A DNA stretch of 64,000 nt. It comes from the human T2T-CHM13v2.0 reference genome, Homo sapiens. The stretch lies in NCBI RefSeq assembly GCF_009914755.1, contig NC_060943.1; one strand, given 5' to 3'. This document shows positions 1-17,924 of the stretch, in pieces. The position numbers and the translations under genes are program-made. How positions within the stretch are numbered: the first letter of the stretch is position 1; each line of letters begins with the position of its first letter. The notes below the pieces were generated by a model. That model saw nothing but the letters and a program-made list of their open reading frames with translations, was not told the DNA's origin and did no database searches.

Positions 1-288
1 AATGGCTCATGCCTGTGTTCTCAACACTTTGGGAGCTGAGGCGGGCAGATCACCTGAGGTCAGGAGTTCGAGACCAGCTTGGCCAACATGGGGAAATCCC
101 GCCTCTACTAAAAATACAAAAATTAGCCGGGCATGGTGGCGCGCGCCTGTAATCCCAGCTGCTCAGGAGGCTGAGGCACGAGAATCACTTGAACCCAGGA
201 GGCAGAGGTTTCAGTGAGCCAAGATTGCGCCAATGCGCTCCAGCCTGGGCAACAGTGAGTCTCTGTCTCAAAAAAAAAAAATAAAAAA
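1..288 (+). mobile_element. Alu (S-type); representative of the many Alu copies across the window, not all listed
   Basis: Dimeric Alu with A5TACA6 linker and poly(A) tail. Confidence 0.95.
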
Positions 289-2131
289 ATGAGGAGCCAA
301 CCAGGAAGGGAAGGGACCCTTGTGGAGTAAGGACAAGGCCTTTGGCATCTATGAAAAATGTCTTCCTTCACCCATGCTGCCCTCTCAACGAGGGACCTCG
401 TTTCCCACCTCCCGTGTAGCTGCGGCAGAAGCCATTACAACAGAAGTTTCCCCTTTTACCAAAAGAGAGCTGGGACCGTTCTAACAGACTTATTTATACC
501 CAAATGCAGTCCGTGAACAGAGCTGCGGAGAATGAGCAGATCTCAAAGAACATTGCTGATAAATGCCTAGTTATCCCCACAGTTCGAGGCCCTGACGATT
601 TCATACTGCCACTGTCTCTCCCCAGTCTGCCCCCGCGGGCCCCAGCCTGCTCGTGGGCTGCAGCTGCCTCTCCACTCCCGCCCCTTCTCTGCTCCTGCCA
701 TCTCTCAAGGAGTGTGGGCTCCAAGGCCCACCTGTGGAAGGTTCTGAGAGAAAGAAGGAGAAGCAAGCTTAGGGGTGGCTCAGTCAGCGGCCATCCGGCT
801 CTGACACCACATCCTGCTCTGCTGACCCGTACGGTGGCAGCCATCGCAGGGAAAAAGCCTCTGTCTTCATGCTCCCCCTCCTCCCAGTCCCTCCTGGTGT
901 GTCATCTACATTGGGCCATGCCCCGCCCCAGCCACTCGCAGACACATCTAGACTTCTTTTCTCATGGTTATTCAAGAGCCTGATCATCCTTTCCTTCCCC
1001 TTTGCTGCCCGCATGGAATGACCTCTGAGTTCCTTCTTTTGATCCAGGTGGATTAGTGATTTCCTGTGTCATTTCCATGTCATTACATCATGTGTCAATT
1101 GCAGCATGCATTATAAATTACTTTCCCTCTACTGACCCCTAGACATGACAGTCAGGGTGTCAGGGCGCTAACCAGGAACTGTATGTGTGTTGGTTTCAGA
1201 GTCATAAAGGGGACACTGTGTTTTGTTGGTTTCTAAAAGGGACACTGGATCTGAGGCAGCTGAGACCCACTGTCCCTAGCCAGTTGGAGGCGGCTTGGCC
1301 ATTTGGGTGATGACTCTGCGACAGCTAGTTCTCAGGCTCCCACCTCACAGTGTGGTCATCTGTGAATTACCACTAAGGACAGTCATTTCCCCCAAGCCAC
1401 TAAGTAACATCCTGAATTTCACTGCTCTACTTGGAGGTATTTGCCTCTCGAGAATTATCCAGCAATTCTTTCCTTTTGATAGCTCCCAAGTGAAGCCTTC
1501 TCTAAGGCCACAAGGCTCTGAGCAACAAGCTCAAAAGTGACTTCAGCCCTGGCCAGTGGCAAGAGGAGTGCCCCAGCCCTATGAAGTCGGCTGTGTCCAG
1601 CCCTGGGGGAAAGAGGGGTTGAGGCCGACTCCTCGACTGGGCTCTGAGGCACTGACAGGGTCTCCTTGTGCTCACCCTCCCGCCAGGAGCCAAAGCACTG
1701 GCCTTTCCAGAGCAGGGCCTCCTGCCCCCGCCCTCACCCTGCCAGGCCACTCTGCTAGAGGCTCCAAGGCCCTGCTGCCCGCACCTCCCGGAGGCGGCTG
1801 TGACAAAGTCCAGGCCTCCTGTTAGAGCCAGCATCACAGCCAGCAAGAATAGGGCCCAGCTGTGTAAGCAAATGGCCTGGGAGCACTTAAGACGGACCAG
1901 AGGCCCTTCCTACTGAAAGACAGTGAACTGACCGTCACGGAGCGCGGGCTTCGAGCCTTGGCACGTGCACCTTGCTCAGCCTCTGTCAGGCCAGGGAGAA
2001 TAAAGGACGCCAGACACAGCGGAAGCCTGTGACAGGCTGGAGGGGGCCCCCTGACCACCACCCTCCACAGTCTTCACCCACAGGCCCCCTGGAGCCACCC
2101 ACAGCCACAACTGCCACCTGTCCGGCCTTAC

Positions 2132-2289
2132 CATATGTGTGCTAGAAGGTTCTGGGTGAGGCCCGAGTGCATGAAGATCTCCTTCACCTCCTGGCCACTC
2201 ACGTAGCCATCCAGGTCCAGGTCGGTCTTCAGGAATATCTCATCAAATCGCATCTTGTCTGCCACGGGCACCACCCAGTTCACTGTTGG
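2132..2289 (-). CDS. EPS15L1: EPS15L1 exon 10 ([53 protein letters not shown]), EH3
   Basis: tttcag|CCA ... ATA TG|gtaagg; 158 nt, ends in phase 2; DLDLDG EF-hand loop; gene continues beyond position 1. Confidence 0.97.
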
Positions 2290-3608
2290 CTGAAACAGTT
2301 TTTGGCAAAACAGTTAATCTGGAAGCTTTTTATGACCCCCAGACACATGCTTTTTGATGATGGGGCGATTAAAGCACTTCCATGCACATTTGGCATCAAA
2401 CTCTCCTCACTTCCATGAGCCAAGAGGGCAGATGTGATCCTTGTTCTGTAACTGGCAAAACTGAGGCTGAGACAGGTTGAGGCTGGCTCTGTGAAGCTCA
2501 CCCAGATGCCAGTCTGCACCTCTCTCCACCCCATCACCCGCTCTCCTTGTCCATCCACCCTGCCACCCAGGGTGTGAGGGAGGCTGTGATCTTCAGGGGA
2601 TGGGTTCAAGCATGCCAGGAAAGACCCTCCCGAGCACCCACTTGGAAGGACCGTCCCTGGAGAACCGGCCCGGCCACATGCCAGCCTCCCTGGTCCTCCC
2701 ACTCCTCAGCCCGCAAAGGCTGCCCTACAGGCAGCCAAAGTGTCCTGTCCCAGGACTCTGAAGACCACCCTTCTATGTCCCTGCCCCACTCCTGAGACAA
2801 CAAAGATACCCCCAAGGTGTGAGTACACACACGTCACTGACAGGTAACAAATGAGACACCACCATCCAAGAGGGCCACCACCCACGAGGCCCCACCAACA
2901 TTCATGCAGCCCCAACCCCACCAGGGCAGATGGAGCCACGAGCCCAGTGCAGCTCAAAGTTCACAGCCCTGGGGCTGGGTCACCCGCTGCACGTGCGACC
3001 CCTCTCGCCACCAGCTCACAGTTAACTTGAGAGAGGCAAACGCCATCATGGGTCAACCAGGGCCCGGTCACCTCCTGGTTCAGAGGCATTGAGGCCCCTC
3101 AGGCACTCAGGGGCAGGCCCCTTCCGTGGCCTACTCCACCTGCATTACCGCGGGCCTTCAATACACCCACCACGCCACAGTTCACGGCATCTGTGTCCTG
3201 AACTCTAGACGTGCTTTTCCTCTTCCCTTTTTTTTTAAATATTTACACAAATCACTCCTTTTAAACAATCTCATAATAGCAATGAGAATAAACACCTGAT
3301 TGAATTATCTAGATGATGAGGGAGTGGAGAGAAAAAGGACAGGCAAATGTGGCTGGAGGGATCGATTGTTCCTTCTCCACGCAGCAACTGTACAGAAAAG
3401 CCACTCCACTCCTCACCTTCAATGAACGCCATGATGCCTGAAACTGCCACTCAAAGTCATTCCTCTCAGTTATGAAAGGATTTCTTAGGCTGGGTGCAGT
3501 GGCTCACACCTATAATCCCAGCACTTTGGGAGGCTGAGGTGGGTGGATCACCTGAGGCCAGGAGTTTGAGACCAGATTGGCCAACATGGTGAAACCCCCT
3601 CTCTACTA

Positions 3609-3809
<201 letters not shown>

Positions 3810-5475
3810 TCACAGTGTTGACAACCCGAAGATGTCCATAGGATTGAGGAGAAGGGACTCATGGTCAAGACTGGGAAACAATGGTTAAACTCGTTTACTC
3901 TTCATGAACGAGTCTCCTGTGATGTCCAAATCTAACAGGCTCCTGATACCAACTCAGGGAAATCAGAAAGCAAGCTTGGGAAACAAGGGATACCATGTGA
4001 CCCAGATCAGCTTAGTTCAGGGGTTTCACGTAGCAAGTATGTGTGATGAAGTACAGCAAGGACTTGATCAAACAATTTATCAAAATCCATGGAGCTAGGC
4101 CAGGCACAGTGCTCATGCCTGTAATCTCAGCACTTTGGGAGGCCAAGGCAGGAGGATCCCTCAAGCCCAGGAGTTCAAGACCAGCCAGCATAACACAGCA
4201 AGACCCCATCTCTACAAAATAAATAAATAAATAAAATTAGCTAGGTGTGGTGGCATCCACCTATTCCAGCTACTAGGGAGGCTGAGGTGGAAGGATCACT
4301 TGAGCCCAGGAGGTTGAGATAGCAATGAGCCGTGATTGCACCACTGCACTCCAGCCAGGGCAGCAGAGCAAGATCCTGTCTCTTATATATTTAAAAAAAA
4401 AAAATCTATGGATCTAATTCAAATGATGAGAGTTCAGATGGCAAGAGCAACCTGATTTTTACTTGTGGCATTGTACTGTGTAAATTTTGTGAGCCTTCTC
4501 AAGTCTGGTGGACGTAAAGATGCCAATAAAGGAATTCTAATGAGAAATGGGCTTGCTGCCTTTTAAGTCACGGAGCTACAGCAAGCTAACCTCAGAAGCC
4601 AGGGATCACAAAGAGGTAACAGGAGTCAGACAAGCTGAGCTGTGGCGGGACACAGAAACAAGGGGGGTTCTGTGTCCCACGGGTCCCAAGAAGAAATTAC
4701 GTATGAAATTATAGCTCTGGGATGACAAGAGTCCTAATAATACTTGCTGGGCAAACAAAAGGAACTCACTGCCTGATTTCTGGAGCCTCAGAGTATGTTA
4801 GCAGCAAGATTCTGATGCCAAATTGACTATAAACCCAACACGGGGCAGCCTTGCCGTGGAGCTGGCTCTCCCAGTGACAGCTGGGCTTTAAGGCCGGCTC
4901 AGCAGCCACAGGTCCCAAAGGAAGGATATCAGACCCTGGTGGCTGGAAGTGGCTTCACTCAAACCTGGCATGAGGGCAAAATCGGGTGGCCCTTGGGAGG
5001 CCCAGACAAGAGCATTGCTGGCCTGGAGATGAGGAAGTTGGAGTAGGGGGAGCATGTGGACTGTAGGCCCCCAGAAATGCTCGTTTTCATGACTGTGATC
5101 CTACCAATGCCGTCGTGGGGGCAGGAGCTATACCCTCCCACCCCACCCCACCAGGGGCCACTGGTAAAATCGGTCTAGTCAGAGGGTCTTGAGAGAACCA
5201 CCAGAAGATCACTAGAGAGGTGGGTTATGACGCTGGGTGACCTGTGCCTACCAGTGAGTTTGGCCCCACTAGCTTCGTTGCCAGTAAAGTACCTCCCCTA
5301 ACCTGACTTTCAAAACTCTTGGCAAGAGCTCTGCAGACACAGGCTGGGCACGGTGGCTCACACCTGTAATCCCAGCACTTTGGGAGGCCGAGGCAGGAGG
5401 ATCACTTGAGCCAAGGAGTTCAAGACCAGCCTGAGTAACATAGGGGAGACCATGTTGAAATAATGAGATAAATGA

Positions 5476-5785
<310 letters not shown>

Positions 5786-5895
5786 TAAAGACATTTCATC
5801 ACAAGCTTGACCGTTCTGGGGTTGCATGTTAAGAACTCCCGAGAAACATCCTACTGTGCTCTGAGAGGGGGCTGTGCCCGCTGAGGGCTCCGTAC

Positions 5896-6129
5896 CTGTG
5901 TTTGCTTGAGGCTGTGCTTGGGGGACAGGCTCCCTGTGCTGTTGAGGCTGCTGACGCTGCCGTGGGACGGCGTGGAGCGGAGGCTGTCTTTTGGTGGGGG
6001 GCTGGCAGGCAGGACGGGGACGGCGCCAGGGAACACAGTCTTCTTTCTCTTGGAGGGTGGGATGAGGGACGGGGGCAGGGCGGAGGGCACGGGCTCCTTC
6101 TCCAGGGCTCGGTACACCAAGTGCATGGC
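5896..6129 (-). CDS. EPS15L1: EPS15L1 exon 9 ([15 protein letters not shown]...[10 protein letters not shown]), end of EH2 plus Pro/Ser-rich linker
   Basis: cctgcag|GCC ... CAG|gtacgg; 234 nt, phase 0-0; lies in ORF 5851..6282. Confidence 0.97.
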
Positions 6130-6391
6130 CTGCAGGTGCAAACAACAATGGCACTGAAGGGGCAAGGCTGGGGCCGGGACCATCAGGAGAAGGCAGAGGG
6201 CAGCCCTTTGGGGGCTGCAGTGACAGGACACTCTGTCAGGACGCTCCCAAGCTGACCAGAGTGAAAAGAAATCATTCCTCATGAGTTATCTTTTATGTGT
6301 AACTTTCCAAGACATGTGTTGAATTATTCCTCGAGACTGAAATGCACACAGAAAGAATCCAATCAAGCCAGACTCCATATGCATCCCTTCA

Positions 6392-6746
<355 letters not shown>

Positions 6747-7184
6747 TTAGCACATCACCATTTGGCAGCCACCATCATCATAATTAATCTTGCCAGATTA
6801 AGGCGAGACTCATCAGCGATGGTGGAACTCTCATGGAAGAGTCTGAGAGTCATGGGTGTTGACCGTATCAAGGCGTGCCCCACATGAGATGAACTGAGCA
6901 CAGAGGGAAAAAGAGCAACTGCCCACAGGAACCCACAACCTTGACCCACCTTGACCCAGTGATGAATGTCAACATGGCAGTAAGAAGACATGTTGACATC
7001 ACGTTCCCCCAGGTGGGAGGCCCATGTGGGGCGGGTGTGACCTCCGTGGGATTCCTGTCTCACAAGAGTGCATGACCTGGGTCATCAAGAGGACCTGGCA
7101 GCCAGGCCCAGGCCTAGGAACACTCCATAACTGCTGGCCTGTGCTCTTCAAAATGTCCACGTTGAAACCAGGCATGGTGGCTCA

Positions 7185-7424
<240 letters not shown>

Positions 7425-8124
7425 CTAGATGACAGAGTGAGACTCCCTCTCAAAAACAGAACAACGACAACAAAAAAACAAAAAGTCCACGTCAAGAGAC
7501 ACGAAGAGCGATGGAGGAACTGTTCTAGATCCCAGGAAACGAAAGACAAAAGACAACAGGATGTAACACACAGGACTGGGTTCTCTTTAGACACAAGGAA
7601 CATTTTTGGGACAACTGATAAAATCTGAGTAATATCCTGGGATTAGATAATAATAGACACGCTCATACAGAATATAAGGGGTATATACAGGATATAATGA
7701 AAACATCATAAATGCAATGCTATGATGTGAATTTCCTGATTTTGAAGTGGATAATGGTTATGTGTGAGAGAAGTCCTTGTTTTTAGGAAATACACACTGA
7801 AGTGTTTGTGGATGAAGAGGCATCATGTCTGCAACTTAACCCTAAAATGGTTCACAGGAAAACTTCGTGCAGCAGTGGGAAGGGCGAGAGAGTGATGGAG
7901 GGAGGGAGGAAGAAGGGAGGAGAAAGATAAAACAAATGTAGGAAATTAGTGACACTGGGAAATTTGACTGAAGAGTTTTCAAAAGAATTTTCTGTCGGAG
8001 GCCAAGGGGGGAGGTCGCTTGAGTTGAGTTCGAGGCTGCAGCAAGGGTGTTCACGTCACTGCACTGGAGCTGGGGTGACAGAACAAGACTCTGTCTCAAA
8101 AACAAAAAATAATTCTCTGTATTA

Positions 8125-8357
8125 CAGGTTGCGTATCCCTTATCCAAAATGCCTGGGACCACAGGGTTTCAGTTCTGGAGTTTTCTGAATTTCTGAATGT
8201 GTGTATTACACTTACTGGTTCAGCATTACTAATCCAAAAATCCAAAATCTGAAATTCTTCAATGAGCATTTCCTTTGAGTGTCATGTTGATGCTCAAAAA
8301 ATGTCAGATCTTGAAGCATTCTGGTTTCAGACTTTCAGATTAAGGATACTCAACCTA
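8125..8357. mobile_element. Tigger4a/MER46A-like MITE (TcMar-Tigger)
   Basis: TIRs CAGGTTGCGTATCCCTT ... AAGGATACTCAACCTA, flanked by TA. Confidence 0.8.
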
Positions 8358-8421
8358 TACTGAAACTTTCCTACATACAAAGAACTATGTCAAGACAAAC
8401 ACTTAAAAAATGAAAGAAGGA

Positions 8422-9578
<1,157 letters not shown>

Positions 9579-10663
9579 CTGCAAGGGAGAGACCAGCATG
9601 GGTAACTGTGGGAGGAAGGACTGGGTGAGAGTGAGACCACCTGCCGGAACTCAGACTCTCAGCCGTGGCACTCACTGGGCTCAGGAGACGGCAGTCAATA
9701 TACATTTCAGGACCAGTCCGCGAGTTCTCAGAAAAACCATCACCTGTGAAGTACTGTCAACTACCAGATCTGTGGTCTGACAATCATCATGATTATAATC
9801 ATATTGATTATAAGATTATAAGTTTAAAGGCTATACTTTAAACTTACCCTGAGTTTCTTCTTTATTGTCTTACAGAGACATCTTAGAAAAGACAGCTTTG
9901 ATTGAGTACAGGTGTTGCCCTAAACACCCACACTCCCTATGCTCACTCCTGCAAACCCCACCCCTCCCTTGCATTCTCAGCTGGGCAGGGCTGCGAGCTC
10001 ATGTCTGAGCAGGTCTGTGGGTCTCGTCTCCACTCCCCAGCAGTGGATGGTGAGACAGGTGTCAGGCCACTCAGTGCGCTGAAGAGAAGGCAGGCAGGCG
10101 TGGGTTCTGGAGCGTGCCTAAGACACGTGCAGATCTCAAGCACCATCACGCTGCCAGCTTCCTGACCCATGCCAGCCTTCCTGGATGGGCACACTGCCTG
10201 CCAGGCCAACGCTGGGCAGGCTGCCAGTCCCCGGATCTAAGCAGATGCCCGTGGCTCTATCCATGATGCTTCATGTGTCAGCATCACCTCTCTCCAGCCA
10301 ATCACCAGGGCTTCAGTCCATGCAGGTTTCTCACATCTGGTCCTCCTCTCCACCTCTGCTGCTGCGCCCGAGGCTCAGGCCTCACCAGCCCACACAGCCA
10401 AGAGCCTCCAGCTGGCCTCCCTATCCCAGTCTTGTCCCTATGGCTACCACAGGAACTGCTCCAGAACACACACCTGACCCTGCCCCACCCTGCTCCTCAG
10501 CCTGGCAGATGGGGCCCTGTCACCTGGCTGCTGCTGAGCCCCTGACGGTAGCAGGTCCCTGCACCCCAACCCAGCCTCCACAGACTCCACGGGGACCTCC
10601 ACCTACTTTACCAGGGATCCAGGACTCCAACAGGCCTTTCTGGCTCCACAGTCCTCCCTCAGC

Positions 10664-10862
10664 CCAGGGCTTCCCCACCTCAGCACTACTGCCTGTTAGG
10701 GCTGGATCATGCTCTGGGGTGTGGGCCATGCCGTGCACTGCAGGGTGGTGAGCAGCATTCCTGGCCTTGACCCACCAGATGCCAGCAGCACTCGACCCAG
10801 GTGTGACAACCAAAAATGTCCCCAGACATTGCCCAATGTCCCCTGGGGGGTGGAAGTGTCCA
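10664..10862 (+). mobile_element. MER20-like hAT-Charlie MITE
   Basis: Characteristic TGTGACAACCAAAAATGTCCCCAGACATTGCCCAATGTCCCCTGGGGG. Confidence 0.8.
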
Positions 10863-11514
10863 GGGGGAGCTGTGGCCCTAACTGGCATGCCAGACTGCCT
10901 GAGGCCTCTGTGCCTTCACTCAAGTTGCCCACATGCCCAGACTTCTACCAGAGTCCCCCTCACCCTGGAGGATGTGACCAGGGGCACCTCTTCTAGAAAG
11001 TCTTCCCCAGCTGCCCTGCTCCCCGTGCTCGAGTGGGTCAGGGGCCCTCCCCTCCACCACTGCCCTCACTGGGCCAAACTGTGATTATCAGGGATGCTGT
11101 GGGGGTGTCTAATGGACAGGGCAGGTGAAGAGGGCAGGCTCTAGGGACAGCTGCTCCAGAATGCACACTGGACCCTGCCCCGCCCTGTCCACAGTAGGAC
11201 CTCATCCCTTCTCCACCCTTCCACAACTGTGCAACCAAGGTGACTTCCCAACCACCCTGAAGATCTGCTTCGCCATCTGAAAAATGGGTGGTGGAGGGGT
11301 GTGAGACACAGTCCTTAACAGGAGGGCTGCAAGTGCTGGATGTGTGTCTTCACGCAGAGCACTAGGGCCCGGCCTGCCCATACTAAGCCCTCAGTAAATA
11401 AGTCTCAGCCTCTTAGCTATTACTTATTTGACTTCTTTGACGGTATCTAATTATCCCCACCTTCCCACTGCCCAGCACAAGGCATGGTCCACTGCAGGCT
11501 CTGAAAAATGCTTA

Positions 11515-12051
<537 letters not shown>

Positions 12052-12091
12052 TCAAAAAAAAAAAACTTTTTTTTAATAAATAAATAAATAA

Positions 12092-12339
<248 letters not shown>

Positions 12340-12686
12340 TGATCTTTTGATCTCGTGATCTGCCCGCCTCGGCCTCCCAAAGTGCTGGGATTACATGCGT
12401 GAGCCACCGTACCGGGCCAGAAGGAATAAGTTCTAAAGTTCAACAGCACAACAGGGGAACTATAGCTAACAATAATTTATCATATCTTTCAGAGTCTTCC
12501 AGAAGAGAAGATTTGAATGTTCCCAACACAAAGAAAGGATCAGTGTTTGAGGTGATGGATATGCTAATTACCCTGCTGGGATGATTACACATTGTGTGCA
12601 TGTATCAAACCACCACGTGGACCCCACACTACAACTATTATGTATCATCAAAAATAAAAATAATGAAACGCAAAATAAAGCAAAAC

Positions 12687-12920
12687 ACGGTTGACTCTTG
12701 AACAACATGGTTTGTTGAACTGTGCAAGCTCACTTATGCTTGTATTTTTCTAACCAAACGTGGATACAAAATACAGTAGTCGTGGGACGTGAAACCCGAA
12801 TATACAGAGGGCCGACTTTTGTATGTGCAGGACTGATTGCAGGACTTGAGTATGCGTACATTTCGGTGTATGATAGGGGCCCTGGAACCAATCCCCCTAA
12901 GTATACCAAGGGACAACTGT
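12687..12920 (-). mobile_element. MER8 (Tigger2-derived MITE)
   Basis: Ends ...GTTGACTCTTGAACAAC and GGAACCAATCCCCC...AAGGGACAACTG-TA. Confidence 0.8.
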
Positions 12921-12968
12921 ACTTTTAGTTAACAGAAACAAATTGAGGCTTTTAAAATTAATTAATTT

Positions 12969-13614
<646 letters not shown>

Positions 13615-13867
13615 TTAATTATTATTATTATTTTTTTAAACAGAGTCTCAATCCGGTTGCCCTGGCTGGAGTGCCATGGCACGATCTCAGCTTATTGCAG
13701 CCTCGACTTCCCAGGCTCAGGTGTGATTCTCCCACCTCAACCTCTAGAGTAGCTGGGACTACAGTCACGCACCACCACACCTGGCTAGTTTTTTGTATTT
13801 TTTTTTCAGTAGGGATGGGGTTTCACCATATTGCCCAAGCTGGACTCAAACTCCTGGACTCAAGTAA

Positions 13868-14272
<405 letters not shown>

Positions 14273-14476
14273 TAAAATTTTTCCTAAATTTGCAGCAGAG
14301 TTGAAAATACTTTTACCTTGAGCTTTATCAGAAGAAAAAGAGTAATTAATAGTAGAAAAGAGCCAGGAGTGGTGGTGCTCTTGCAGTCCCAGTTACTCCA
14401 GAGGCTGAGGTGGGAGGATGGCTTCAGCCTGGCAGTTCGAGACCAGCCTGGGCAACACAGTGAGACCCCATCTCTA

Positions 14477-14889
<413 letters not shown>

Positions 14890-15181
14890 CTACTGGTCCC
14901 AAAGCCCCAGGCAGCAATTTCACTTCTGAGTCCACCTCCTCATCTGTGAAGTGGAAGGATTCTGGCACCTTCCCCAGGGACTGGGTGAACACTGTAAGCC
15001 ACACCCTAGGAAGCCCTGAGCCAGCTGGGGCTGGACCCACAGGAGCGCTGATGAAAGCCCCTGATGGCACAGGGAGAAAACAGAGCAAGAGCCTTGTAAG
15101 CACCATGGGGAAAGAGAACAGTGGCGCCCACACACAGCAGGGACACTGAGTGCAGAAGAACCAAGCCCGTGGCCCACTTAC

Positions 15182-15307
15182 CCTGCCCAGGACATCAAGA
15201 GGCAGCTTTGAGTTCATGAGGACTGGCTTGACTTTGTCTCCAGAGAGCAAACCATTGATGGGCAAGAGGCTTTCAAAAATCCCATCAAATTTGGCCTTTT
15301 CTTCCAC
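15182..15307 (-). CDS. EPS15L1: EPS15L1 exon 7 ([42 protein letters not shown]), EH2
   Basis: caactag|GTG ... AGG|gtaagt; 126 nt, phase 0-0; start of ORF 14753..15307. Confidence 0.97.
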
Positions 15308-17753
15308 CTAGTTGGAAAGAAATAGCCCGAGTAAGTAGGAGAGCACACCTGTGTGAATGTCCAGACCGAGCTCTGACCGAAAGCCAAGTGAAAATGGCCA
15401 CGGACCCATCATCACCCTTGGCTAAAAGCACAAAATGATCTTAGAACAGTCTTGGCCCCTTGGTTTCCAAAGTGAACATATACCCTGAAGGAAATAACGT
15501 TATGGCAACCTCGGATCTGGGAGCCAAGGTCCTCAGGAGGGAGGCCCTGGCCCCGGGTCTTGTCCTTCGTCCTAGCTGCTGCCTGAGTGTGGCAGGAGTC
15601 TCCCATGGTGGGGCAGTGTCTTTGCAGGGAGACAAAGATCAGTCTCACCTGCCTCCAAGGAGCCCACTTGTACCAGAAAGACAAAAGTGTGAGCAGATGT
15701 TAGTGCTTGAGCAAATAATTATCAAAATCAACTTAAAGTACAGGAAGTCCTCTTTTTTTTTTTTTTTTTCTTTTTTTGAGACAAAAATCTTGCTCTGTTG
15801 CCCAGGCTGGAGTGTAGTGGCACAATCTCAGCTCACTGCAACTTCCGACTCCCAGGTTCAAGCAATTCTCGTGCCTCAGCACTCGTACCTCCCGAGTAGC
15901 TGGGATCACAGGCATGCGCCACCAGGCCCGGCTAATTTTTGTATTTTTTGTAGAGATGGTGTTTCAACATGATGGCCGGGTTGGTCTTGAACTCCTGGCC
16001 TCAAGTGATCCGCCTGCCTCGGCCTCCCAAAGTGCTGGGATTACAGGTGTGAGCCACCAAGCCCAGCCACATACAGGAAGCCCTCCATTTCTAATGGTAA
16101 ATAAATTAATACGTAAATAGGAATAGCTCTTCATGAACAGAGGGAAGGTACAGCATTAGGATGGGGAGTCACAGTTCCTGCTGTTCTGAAAGACATAGGG
16201 CAGGCAGCCCGTAAAAGGGGCCATGAGTGAGGCAGTGGCTTCCAGTCTGTTCCACCCTCCAAAGGAAACTTAACATTCCTGAACTGTACACTTAGAAATG
16301 GTTAAGATGGTAAATGTTACATGATGTGTCTTTCAACCACAATAAAAATTTTTTAATTTTTAAAAGACAAAAACCAAGACAGAGCCCTCAGTCACAGAGA
16401 TGAGATCACCGGCAGACACCGCATGCTTTCACAGCTGTTGGTGCTAAGAAGCTGAGCGCTGCAGGTCTTTCTCGGGGGCCTGGGATCCTCTCCTGGCCAT
16501 CGGACTTGCTGACTCAGTGCCTTCAGAAGCCCAGAAATGTTCACAACGGAAACAAACACTTGGCACTTCGGGCTTGTTCTTTCTGACTGTGGCTGTGAAT
16601 GGAATGCAGAATCTCTCTCGACCACAGTACACCCCAATTACAGCATCTGGTCCTGTGCTCCCTGACTCCTCTCTGCGAGGTCCCCAGGCCCCTCAGTCCC
16701 AGCTCTTCCAGTGAGGCCTGGACATAACCCCTGGTGGAAAAGAGCCATCACATTTTAAAGTATAAGATCTCTTGGCACTGTTTCCCATGACAAAGTAGCT
16801 CTTTTTCAAAGTCCACACAATGCGCTGGGTGACAGGGAGAAACCCTTCACCACAGTGATTGCCACTGGCAAAGTGCTTGATGACAGAGGTGACTGCATGA
16901 CTCCTCAGTCACATGACATATCTTCATGTCCTCTCCCTGCACAGATACCCCCACCCAGCCCATGACCTCTCCAAGAAGGGAGCAAACCAACCGTGTAAAC
17001 ATGGGACGAAAGTGCTTGGGACCTTTATTTGAGAGCAAGAGTGTTATTCATGTCAGGATTTAAGCCACATAAACGTGAGGAAATGTGACAGTCTGAAAGT
17101 GAAGGGAAGGTGAGGAGGCCTGATGTTACTTGGAGGGACCATGCTCACTTCCTTTAGAAGGAATTCTGTACTTAGAAGACAGCCCTCGTTTTTTTTCTTC
17201 TTTCTGGACGCAGTAGCTTATCTTTCCAGCCACAACATCCTCTGTTTTAAAAATAACACTTCAAGTGCTGAGAGAGGCTTTTCACAAAGCAATCAGAACA
17301 TCAGGGAGGAAAGAATGGTAACATGCAAAGTGGCTGGAAAGAAGCGAGAAAGCAAGGGACACATTTGGGGGTCCACGTGCTTGCAAGCTCTCACCGTTTC
17401 CTCTTCTATTCTGAATAACCAACACAAGCAGCAAAAACCACAGAATGTGACCTAAAGATGCAAGATTTAAACTGCAGCCCTTTAATAATCCAACTCCTGA
17501 CACTTAGTTGTCCAGGTAGGCAACTCCCAATTCCAGTGAAGGGCCACAGCCTTTGTAAAAGGTGTTCATTAGAAGAGGCGTTTCATCCAAGTGCTGTGGC
17601 CACTCACACTGAGACAGAAGAGCTGACACAATCATCCTATAAAATGTTCTGAACAACATCAAACTAGAACAATTCCAGAACAATTCTAGAACAACTGCTG
17701 GAACAATTCTATCTGAAGGAGAGCCAAGGAGGGAGCTATTCCCGTTCACTTAC

Positions 17754-17816
17754 CCTCACAGCCCAGTGGGCCTCTGCAGAGGGCGGTGTGACCATCAGAG
17801 GGCTGCTGGTGTCGTG
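17754..17816 (-). CDS. EPS15L1: EPS15L1 exon 6 ([21 protein letters not shown]), EH1-EH2 linker
   Basis: ctctcttctcag|CAC ... AGG|gtaagt; 63 nt, phase 0-0. Confidence 0.96.
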
Positions 17817-17924
17817 CTGAGAAGAGAGAGAAACATTCCTTTGTGGCTGGCACAGAATTAAATCATAGGTGGGTGGGTTTGCTGAAAAGGATACACGTTT
17901 CAAAGTGCTTTCAAAAAAGGGAAG

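Noticed and set aside
504-983. 159-aa plus-strand ORF antisense in intron 10
   Set aside because: Low-complexity Pro/Ser/Leu composition with no splice or domain evidence
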